Shown: positions 38,521 to 49,100 of the stretch, in pieces
Layout of the letters: each line of letters opens with the position of its first letter
Numbering within the stretch: position 1 is the stretch's first letter
Source of the DNA: Octopus vulgaris
Lineage: Eukaryota
DNA: 64,000 bases
Direction of reading: 5' to 3'
Assembly: GCA_951406725.2 (NCBI GenBank)
Contig: OX597817.1
Coordinates: 111,848,001-111,912,000, forward strand
Made by a program: the position numbers and the translations under genes
The notes under the pieces: model-generated
Told to the model about the DNA's origin: nothing
Database searches by the model: none
Seen by the model: only the letters and a program-made list of their open reading frames with translations

Positions 38521-40377
38521 TTTCATTTTAATGCGTCATTTAGAGACCGTTCTTATTATTAATATGTTATATCTCAATCAGAAAAACGTATCAATAAGTT
38601 TTAGCGAAAATACAGGAAAATGAATTCAATTTTTTGTTACTGAAGGCAAATAAGTTGAAGCAAAACAAAATAATTTTGTGCACATAAAAATCAATGTACT
38701 TTACTTGATTTCGTTTATTTATTATTATTATTTTTTTTTGCATACTAGAGTAGACAGCTTGCCTCTTCAGATATGTGCTGTAATTGGGGAAACATTCTAA
38801 TGTAAAATAAGCGCAGGAAAATCTCAGTAGGTACATATAAAACTAATGGAGAGGAAAAGTGTTTGAAAAAAGGGGCTACTTAAAATTTTCATAGTCCAAA
38901 GGAAAGTATTCGAAATGAGTAAAGAAGGTTAAAACTTTGGATACGTTAAAAGAAACATCTCCATAATTGATAAAAATAAGAAAATAATGAAGGATGGAAA
39001 ATAAATGAGCAAGGTTGAAATACTATGCAAAGCAAGTGAAAGAAAGAGACAATAAACCACCATGAAGCAAATCAAAAGTCAAGGTTAAAGTCCTTTCAAT
39101 TTGACCTCAACTTCACTGATTCCATATTTATAATCAATAAATTAAATAACAAAGGCAGCAAACTAGCAGAATTGTTAGCACACCAGTCAAAATGCTTTGC
39201 AGCATTTCTTCTGGTTTTACATTGTAAGATCAAATTCCACTGAGGTCAACATTGCCTTCCATTCTTTCAGGATTAATAAAATTAAGATCAGTTGAACACT
39301 GGGATTGGTGTGAAATTTCAGGCCTTGTGCATATAGTAGAAAGCAGTAAATTAAATAACAAATTTTTTTTAAAACTGTTCCTGATATTCTCCAGTGAGGA
39401 CAGTCTTTCCATAATGTACAATATAGTAAAGAAAAAATAACAATCATATAAATGTTTATGTAAAGAAGTATAATAGGTGTGAAAATGAGGTACTGGATTC
39501 CTAGTTCATAAGTTTGAACCTTACAACAGTTGTGTTTTGCTCTAAGCCAGTTGATCTGACTGTCAATTCGTAGGTTACACCTTACAACAATTAGATGTCT
39601 AGAAGAATGGGCATCTGGTTGTGTAAACTTCTACAACAAATTTAATACATCCATGCAAGCATGAAAAAATGAATGTAAAACAGAATATACTTTATAAACA
39701 TAACCGAGACTGATAAATTTGAAAATCAAATAGTTCATAAAATATATCTGGAGCTAAACATCAACAGCAAATGGTAGTCAAAGAAACTGACTGAATGTCA
39801 CAAACTCCCAATTTTTTATCATATTTCACCTACACACTTAACTATAACACATACACACACACCAATACCCAACATACCACTCTTCTTCCATACTTGCGCA
39901 CCTCTACCCACATTCACATGCACCACAAAAAACACACACACACATACACATCACATTGCTGAAACAGGGGATTAAATCCAATAAAAATTAAAAGTAACTA
40001 AAAGCAATGACACATCTGCTGTCCAAAACTTACCTCAACCTAGCATTCTCTTTTGTGAACCACTAAAAAAACAACCCCATGACCTAAAGCTGACACACCT
40101 AAATAGACACACTTGTTTACAAAGTATACATGCATGAATAAATTCTGAACAAAAGTATAAACCCACATTTAATCAATAAAAAATTCTTCATATCTCTCCA
40201 TCACAACCCACCTTATAATCTAATTACTACTCAACTGAGCTCAGTAAACCCTGGAAACAAATTTATTGTAACAGAGACTATATAAAGCCAAAATTAACTT
40301 AATGAATCACAGTCCAATGATAGCTTAGTAAGCTGAAACTTTGGAGTTACTGCCAATATTATTCTAGTTAAAGAATA

Positions 40378-40433
40378 ATGTATGTATGTATGTATGTATG
40401 TATGTATGTGTATATATATATATATATATATAT
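40378..40433. repeat. (TATG)n(TA)n microsatellite
   Basis: Direct inspection. Confidence 0.95.
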
Positions 40434-40539
40434 TAAAACAAAAACTTAAATTCTGGTCATAGAATTACCAAAGGTCTCATATCCACAAAAGCCACAGGCT
40501 TACGGACAGTTCATCAGACACCTTAGGGAAGAGGTTTCC

Positions 40540-41250
40540 TTCAGTCCTCTTCGGTCTCTACAGATATGATGCCCTAGCCATTTCTAGAGGAGCCAACAGG
40601 CACACACTAGATAGACTTTGAAAAACCTAATTAGGGCCCTAAGCTCAATAGGACTCAAGATCATTATTGAAATTAATCTTACCACAGTAGATTTCCTAGA
40701 TGTTACTGTAGATCTGGGCTCTGGTACATACATGCCCTATCACAAGCCAAATGAGAAGCTGTCCACAACCTTCTGCCACCTCCTTATAGTGTTCAAGAAC
40801 CTAGTGAAGGGTGTAAGCAAGAGGATCTCGAATATATCCTCTAACCAAGATGTCTTCAATGCTACTTCCCTCTACTACAGCAAGGTACTAGCATTGAGTG
40901 TGTTTAAGGCTTGCATCTCCTACATGCCAGGTCCTAACACCCAGAAAAGGAAGCGCTGTAGAAATGCCGTTTGGTTTGCTCCACCCTTCTCACTCAATGT
41001 CAAGACTTGTGTAGGAAGGATTTTATTTAGATTAATAGATAAACATTTCACACACACTCATAGACATAGGCAATTATTTAACAGGCACAACCTAAGAGTC
41101 TCCTTTCGTTGTGCACCTAACATAAAAAGCATTCTAACAAGCACCCACAATACGAGGGGAGGCAGGTTGCTCTTGCAGGGTATACAATAACTGTCCAGTA
41201 GGAGGCTAATGTGAGGCCGAAAAAGTAATCTATGAAGTTACAGTGACACC
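40540..41250 (+). mobile_element. Penelope-like retroelement fragment (RT C-terminus, Cys linker, start of GIY-YIG)
   Basis: GLYRYDAL (decayed YRDD), VDFLDVT, PYHKPN, RNAVWFAPPFSLNVKT, then CSCR...CPVGG*C...VIYEVTV. Confidence 0.85.
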
Positions 41251-41584
41251 TAGACTTGCTATCTGCATTACCAGTGATGTACCATCCAACAGCAATAATA
41301 GCAGATTAATCAGGTCTCACACCAGTACAATTGCCACAGCCAGAAACGATGACTAGTCTGGGACTAGTGACACAGAGGAGGTAACCAACAACCTCAGTAC
41401 TACTGCCACAGATGATGAACAAACCATAGCTATGATTAAAGGCATACCAACCATAATTATCACACCTTATCTTCAGACATATATTTGAGACTATCTTATC
41501 AAACATGTTTTTCCTTTTCCTTTAATATGGTGATTTGAGGAAAATTAACAGCTGTTTCTTTCAGGTTGAGCAACAAGAGTGTAA

Positions 41585-42040
41585 TGGGTGCATTTATGTG
41601 CCACTGACATGGGTGCCATTTGCATAACACTGGTATCTGCTACCACTGCAGTTTTATTTGGCTTGATGAGTCTTCTCAAGCATGGCATAATGCCAAATAG
41701 ACTTGGTCATTGTCTCCATGAGGCCCAATGCTTGAAAAGTGCTTTTACGTGCCACTTTCATGGGTGCCATTTGTGTGACACCAGTATCTTCCACAACTGC
41801 AACTTCACTTGGCTTGATGGGTCTTCCTCTCAAGCACAACATAATGCCCAAAGGTCTCAGTCATTGCCTCTGTGAGGTCGAACATTTGAAAGAAGCTCAA
41901 CCACTTTGGCTCTGTGAGGCTCAATGCTTGAAAGATGCTTTTATGTACCACCTGCACAGGTGCCAGTTGCATGAGACCAGTATCAGCCACAACTGCATTT
42001 TCAGTTGGCTTGAAGGGTCTTCTCAAGCACAACATATCGC
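41585..42040 (-). repeat. Tandemly repeated RTE 3' UTR modules (3 diverged copies)
   Basis: Repeated ttggcttgatgggtcttctcaagcac...gaggc(t/c)caatgcttgaaa units, similar to 3660-3870. Confidence 0.65.
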
Positions 42041-42506
42041 TATCTAAATTTTTTTTTTTGAATCTTATAGAAAATATTCACATTAACAACTACATATTTT
42101 TGTTAACCACATTGTTCCAGCTTCAGTCCGACTGCATGGCACCTTGGGCAAGTGTTTTCTACTATAGGCTCAGGCTGACCAAAGCCTTGTGTGTGGATTT
42201 GGTAGGCAGAAACTGAAAGAAGCCCATCATATATATCTATGTATGTGTCTCTTTGTATTTGTGTTCATCCCCCACCACTAGTGTTGGTGTGTTTATGTCC
42301 CAGCAACTTAGCAGTTCAGCAAAAGAGGCTCGAATACGTACCAGGTTTTCAAAACTTAAGTCCTGGGGTTGATTCATTTCACTAAAATTCTTCAAAGCAG
42401 TGTTCCAGCAAGGCCACAGTCTAATGTCTGAAATAAAGAGAAAAGAAAAAAGGAAAATGGGAAATAAATGAACAATGATGAAGAATTATAGAAAATATAT
42501 ACTTAC

Positions 42507-42570
42507 CATGTCCCCTCAGATCAAGAGCAACACAACGGCAACTAACAAGTTCACAGAGTTGAAGACAACA
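42507..42570 (-). pseudogene. Orphan exon-like fragment of an alpha/beta-hydrolase, PPME1-like (LCELVSCRCVALDLRGHG)
   Basis: VALDLRGHG motif with perfect G|GTAAGT donor; no AG acceptor (TA microsatellite instead), no partner exons seen. Confidence 0.6.
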
Positions 42571-42571
42571 G

Positions 42572-42602
<31 letters not shown>

Positions 42603-43302
42603 TATATGTACGTATGTATAAGTGTATGCATATATGTATGTGAGTGTGTGTGTATATAAAAGTAGAGCCATGACTTGCAAATGAATATGACTTAGTAGTA
42701 TGTGCCACACTTTCAATGTTTAAGAGGCATATGTAGTCAAGGCCATCTTGACAAGCATTATATGCCTCTGGGTGAAGCAAAGTACTTGAGCCCCTACATT
42801 CATAGACAGCTAGTCACAGCATACAGAGATTAGCATTAGGCCACCAGATCTGTCTCCACTCTTGAATAACTATCTACCCAGCATGCCCATGCCTTATAAT
42901 AGGACTGTATATAGTCACGAGCAAACATAGACACCCTCTCTTCACTTCAACCATTCAACTAACAGAACATCAAAAATGTGCCAGCTGGAGGAGAGAGAAA
43001 GTTGCACTAGCTTAATAAACTGAAGCAACATCTAATATCTTGCATTAGTGCACCTGAGCACTATACACAGTAATTTCATTGTTCTTATTTTTAACACTTT
43101 ACCCTATCCAGGAATCAAACCCATGACCATGTGATCATGAGCCCAACTATTACCACTAGACTAGTTATTGAATTAGGTAATTCATGCAATAGCAAAAAAA
43201 GTATAGTGGAAAATAATTTCAAAAGAAAATGAAATCAGTTAAATATAAATATAATAAAGAAGTGTGTACACTCTCCCAATTTATACAATCGGATCAGGAA
43301 TC

Positions 43303-43712
43303 ATTAGTGGGCATACCTCACTCAACTTTGTCTTCTCATAACTTTCAGAAAAATAGATATTTGTTAATGAAATCGTCTACAAATACATTTCAGATGATGT
43401 AAATTCCGATTATGCAGTGAAAACATTTTCTGAAGGTGGGGAGAAGAGCTTCAGAAAATTCACACGAGGCGGCTTTGTTTTTCATAACTTTTAGAAAAAT
43501 GGATATTTTTTTAGTGAAATTTTTCATAAATACCTTTCAGAGTGTAGAGATTACGATTACATAGGAAGTTAATGTGAAAAGAAGAGAAAACAAAAAATGG
43601 TAGGTGCGCAATACATACATACTGACACATATCACATCCATTTTTCTGCAAGTTATGAGGAAACAAAGTTAGTGAGTGTGATGGGCACACTTGTGTAGGT
43701 ATGCCCATTAGT
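43303..43712 (+). mobile_element. Non-autonomous Helentron/DINE-like or TIR element
   Basis: Terminal TAGTGGGCATACCT / AGGTATGCCCATTA, inner inverted repeat, ~150-bp internal direct repeat and 3' hairpin. Confidence 0.55.
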
Positions 43713-43771
43713 ATTGTTCTCTTAAAAAAAAAATAGTGGCCACTCAAATAGTCATGGTTTTACCTAGCAAA

Positions 43772-44244
43772 TGATTGCGATGTTGAGGCGTTGGAACAGC
43801 CAAGCTCCCTTATGAAATTTATCTGATACTTTGGTATCAGATAAAGCGCTATTTTGTACCAGATCTCACTGGCAGCCATTATTCTGTCCTAGACAAGAGC
43901 AAGATCTCGCATACAACCATTGCTATGCACGACACCACAACAAGGCTCTCTCCTCAACAACAGCTATTTACGCAGGTACGAAAGACGTTCAACCTCTTAG
44001 TCTTCTCCAGCTTGCTTATGCTGAGGGACGCTATGGTGCAGGAAGCTACAGCGGACTCTAACCCACTCTAACCACATGTTATTCTCCAGAGATAATGTAT
44101 CTCACGTGAGCGGAGATATCACACCATGCGCTGCCTTGAAGATGGACAGCTAGAACGGGACACAAGATCGGGAATCACAATAAACGATTATTGAATTGCA
44201 TCTGCTTGTGAGCTTCTTCTTTCGCCATCCAGATCCGTAAGACA
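43772..44244 (+). mobile_element. Probable solo LTR
   Basis: TG...CA ends, ~470 bp, CpG-rich relative to flanks, AATAAA at ~44179; no clean TSD. Confidence 0.4.
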
Positions 44245-44324
44245 AATAATTAGAATGAGAGGTGATACTCTACTGGTATCATGAACCTTTCTTTTCCCTT
44301 ATAAGACAATATACTAACCAAACA

Positions 44325-44735
44325 GAGTGGCAAGCTGGCAGAAACATTAGCATGCAGGACGAAATGCTTAGTGGTATTTCGTCTGCCGTTACGTTCTGAG
44401 TTCAAATTCTGCCGAGGTCGACTTTGCCTTTCATCCTTTCGGGGTCGATTAAATAAGTACAATTTATGCACAGGGGTTGATATAATCGTCTTAATCCCTT
44501 TGTTTGTCCCCTCTCTGTTTAGCCGCTTGTGTGCAATAAAGAAATAAATATACTAACGAAACAATGTGGTGAGCTGGCAGAAATGTTAACACATTCTGAG
44601 TTCAAATTCCGCTAAGGTCGACTTTGCCTTTCATCCTTTCGAGGTTGATAAACTAAGTACCAGTTGTGTACTGATGTAGATCTAAACAACTGCCCCCTCC
44701 ACAAAAATTTCGGGCCTTTTACCTAGAATAGAAAA
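44325..44735 (+). mobile_element. Two adjacent SINE family B copies
   Basis: Two heads and cores, each preceded by a similar atatactaac(c/g)aaac flank. Confidence 0.85.
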
Positions 44736-44779
44736 AAAATATACTAACGAAACTTCAAACTTCCTCATAGGCGGTCTAC

Positions 44780-44950
44780 AACCCACAATCGTTTCAAATA
44801 GCAAAGGTTGAAAAATAAGTCCACTAGTCTCTTCCCATGATCCCTGGACAATCCCACTAGTTCTACAACTGCAGGGATATTTACTCTGGCTAAGGATTGT
44901 TTAATAATTAGATTTACTTCATTTTGGCGAGTAATGTGACTTCCATTCCA
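44780..44950 (-). mobile_element. Relic of CRE-like non-LTR retrotransposon, restriction-like endonuclease region
   Basis: Minus translation HITRQNEVNLIIKQSLARVNIPAVVELVGLSRDHGKRLVD...FQPLLFET resembles the RH..N.IIKRAL..ANIP..LEP.GL.R.DGKRPDG motif. Confidence 0.6.
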
Positions 44951-46022
44951 ATCGATGAAGAGTTCTGGAATCGAGAAACTTCAGGAAAATCTAGACATAC
45001 TTTTTCCAATATCATTCAGTTACAAGGGCAGCAAAAGAGCAAGCGTGAGATAAAATACCTTGCGGTATTTCCGGGATTAATAAAATGAAGTACCAGCCAA
45101 GAACTAGGTTCGATAAAATTGATTACATCCACTCCAAAATCTTTGACAATGTGCCTACGTGGAAAATAGCTCTTACAGTTTTTAACTCTACATTACATTC
45201 ACTTTCATTTCCACTCAACTTTTTATATCATTAACTTTACATTTCTACCCATATAGTACAAATATTTAACAAAACCCATGTTCTAAATGCAGCAGGCAAT
45301 TCTAATTACGACAAAATGAAGAAATCGTCATAGAAGCTTTATGAATACATTTTTGCATATCTTCAAACAACAGTCTTGCGGATGCTAATATCAAAATGCT
45401 GAATGTTGTCCTTAAGAGATTCTGGCAATTAAAGAAACTTTGATAATCAAGCTTCACCTTTCAAATAACAGTTTTAAAGTAAAAATTAGCTGTAGTTTAG
45501 CTTGGATTCGGGCTCACTTTCCGTTTACTGTTTGGATAATTTCTCTAATATTACCGTTATTTAATGCCCTTGAAATAAGCGTGACCTTCAATACAGATGA
45601 GAAACAAATCTCCTCTTGGATAGGAAGCTCGTATATTGTAATAACATTCATCAGAAGTCCAGCGTTGTAAATTAGTGAATATAAATAGAAACATCTGTAT
45701 TGTCATATAACACCCAAATTAGTTATCCTTAATCATATGACTGTTTTGGGGGTGAAAAGAAAAGTAAAAGGAACAAAATAAAGAAACGAAAGTTAAAAAT
45801 AAAAATCACCTGCGTGAAATTTTAAAATATCTAAGGGAGATAATTACCAAGATTCATTTACAGCAGAAATTAATATTTCCAACTGCTTCATTTAGTGATG
45901 TATTTATAACTTACCTGCAATCTAAAATTACTAATTGTTTAGAAGTTTGTGCATATTTTTAGATAATGCCATTTCTAGTGTTAATCGTGACCTGAAAGTC
46001 AAATAATTACAACTCAGGTGTA

Positions 46023-46031
46023 AAGATGGCG
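46023..46031 (+). promoter_or_regulatory. YY1-like motif AAGATGGCG overlapping the start codon
   Basis: Exact motif; common at start codons of TSS-proximal animal housekeeping genes. Confidence 0.45.
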
Positions 46032-46152
46032 ACTAATATTTTGGAAACGAAAATTTCACAGTTGCTAGGTCAAAGATACTTCAAGAAGTCTGTATTAGTG
46101 CGGTTTCTTTTATTCTTAATATTACTTATCATATGGATCTCTGTTAATGGAG
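46026..46152 (+). CDS. FAM151: FAM151-like exon 1 (MATNILETK...VLVRFLLFLILLIIWISVNG), signal anchor/peptide
   Basis: AAGATGGCG start context, hydrophobic stretch, G|GTAAAT phase-1 donor matching exon 2. Confidence 0.82.
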
Positions 46153-49100
46153 GTAAATATAGCTTTTTGTTTTGTTAATGTTAAGGAAATATAACTATTT
46201 AACCAGTTGATCCACTTGATCAAAAGCATACATATCACACGTTGCATGTTTACGTATGTGAGATGTTTAGTCCCACGTAGCTCCGACCGAGCGGAACTAT
46301 GATCAAAACTATTCTAACCGTGAACATCCTGTCTTTCTTAGAAAGTATTAATAAGATCACACTGTTCAATGTGTTAATTTTTAAGATAGTAGGTTGCGGT
46401 TTAAGGAAGATTTGATTGCTATTTCTAGAAAGTCGAACGACTACATAGTAGCCTCTCATGTTGAACATGTTGCTCATTTATCAATTACCATTAGCTTTGA
46501 TATTAAAACTATTTCAATTCTCATTATTTTCATAATTTTACTACCATTACTTTCAAAAGATCTCCTTAATATAACGAAATGTCATACAGTAAACCAACAG
46601 CATCGCTAGTATTAAATTAAATTTTAAAAAAGGTAAAAAAAAAATCACTCTAGGGTTTGTGCAAAGCTTCGTAATCATCAGGATTTTTTTTTTCTTTTTC
46701 AAAATAATTGTGCAATGCCAGCCAGAAATTCTTTGCTCCATGCTTATTTTACCATTCTTTGTTGTCTGTTTATAACATCGTAGTTATTACCATAAGGAAA
46801 TGGATTAAGAACGCTACCTATCCGTCAAACTCTGTAATTGCACTTCGAATTTGCTAACTTCTGGCATTTTCAGCTTTAACTTTTGTCTCTTTACATTAAA
46901 ACCCACGATGAAAATATATGTGCACTGCATTTGTTGGCAACTTTAACAATTTCAGTTCTAAAAAGTGCGGGCAACTTTAAATTGTTAATGTTTGAGATAT
47001 ACTTAGTATGAGCAGGCTTTAGATAGAGAATATTTCAAATCAAGATCACTTTTCACAATTATGAACCAACGAGATAATTTATACCTGGTTACCCGACCTG
47101 TAAGAAACAGCAGTCATCTCTTTCGAATTGCCCCTCTACCGTCTTAAAACAGAAGGACGCACCGGTTAATATAGCCCCTAGCTATTCAAAAAGAAGAGCT
47201 TTTCATGACGGAAATTTATTTGGTTGATCATGCTTGAATTGATAACAGTCAACTCAAACTGATAATCAGCTAATGTTTAGATCAGCGGTTCCCAAACTTT
47301 TTAGAGTCGCGACCCACTATTTATCACACCAGTTTATGACGACCCACTTAACTTTATTGAGTATCTCGATAGACAGCAGTTAATCAAAGCTAATGCGTAA
47401 TTTTATAACTTTTTGCGACCCATCTGTGGGTCGCGACTCATAGTTTGGGAACCACTGGTTTAGATAGTTAAAACTTTACTCAAATCAATTTGATCTTACA
47501 AAAACTCTCGACTTATTAGACTATGATAATTATTTCCCAACTTGGTGGCTCAATAAAATACACATTTGTGGAACATAAAATTAAGTTTTAACAAATCTAA
47601 ACTCTTTTTATTTATTTATTTTGTAAATTAATGTCATTTGTTTATTTCCACTAATAAAGCTTCTAAGTAACTGACTTCATCAATCTACTTGCTCCCCAAA
47701 ATATTAGCCCATCTACACACTTTCTCTTCTCTCAATCTCTTCTTCCATTACTACAGTAGTTCCTTGATCCCTGAACAATCCAGCTTTGTACTGCCACAGT
47801 CAAAGCCCACATAATATACTTGCCACCCCTTTCTAGTTATCCCTACTTTGTTGTATTCCTGCTAACCTTGGACTAACACTTTGACCTCAGTCGATTCCCA
47901 AACTGTGTCTCCCTGGAATTGCTTCTCTCCTTTATGCTCAAACTGAACAGTAACTGCATCAACCTCATCAGTAGAATAGGCTACCCTCTGAGAATTAAAA
48001 TGAGGAATCAAAGTGACTGTTGAATTAGCTAACTTTAAAATCCACTATGACTTGATGGTCATAACTAGAACAATTCCGATAATTGGTCTACACAATCAAG
48101 GTTGTTCTGGAGAACACTGGCAGAATCACTTTTGCAATTATACGATTTCTCTTCTAATATGATTTATGTCATATTATAAATCCTGACAGCTGTATGGACC
48201 AGATTCAACAAGTGTGCAAAACAGCAATTAGCTTTACCTTAAAAAATCTACAAAATGCTGATTAAATGCTTGAGACTGACTGACCTGCTGTCTATAGGCT
48301 CATCACATCAAATAATGTTTCTGTCAGGTTTTTATCTAATGTGGGACTTGATTTTTATTTGGGCAAAAAGTAAAACTTAATAGTTAATTTTTTTCAATTT
48401 AAGATTATTTTTCAAAACAAATTTTTACACTCTATCATATCATTGAAAAAGCAAAATTATATTCTGTCTTTGTGCTAATATATTTTTTATTTTTCCTTTT
48501 TTTGTAGGACTTCTTCCTGGTTTTCTGCGTCAGAGACTGCCAATATTGCGTGTTGGACCAGAATTGAACATATTATATTATTTTGAAGAAGCAGAGAGAG
48601 ATGGTAGCAAAATCAGATGGTCACGAGCAACAAATACCCCAGCAAAGCTTAAAGCAGCATTAAATGGTACATATGTGTTGTAATTACAATTATATTAGTA
48701 CAAGTTGCAGTGAATTTATTTCAACTATATTATATTATTGAAGATCAGTTTTTTTAGGTTAATTATAAAAATTGAAATAAAGAGAAACTCTGAGTTATTG
48801 CAGATTATTATTGAATTTACTGATATGTGAGGCTGAACTCTATGCAATTTCAGTTTGAATTGTTTTGAATTGTTTGAATTGAATTCAAATGAGGGTAGTA
48901 GAAGATTATCTATTTTAAGAAATTCACTACTCCAAGTCTTCTCTGAGAGTGAACTGACTTACAACAGTTAAATGTGGAGCTTAAAGTTAGTGTATTAAAA
49001 ATATGTAAAAGAGAAAGATGTTCTACATAGCGCCAATGATTTAGCATGTTGAGAAAAAATAGATAGAGAAATGGGGTGCAAAAATGATAGAAAATGAAGA

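Noticed and set aside
41585-42040. CRISPR-like or coding tandem array
   Set aside because: Eukaryotic context; long diverged units matching LINE 3' UTR modules, with no unique spacers or cas genes.
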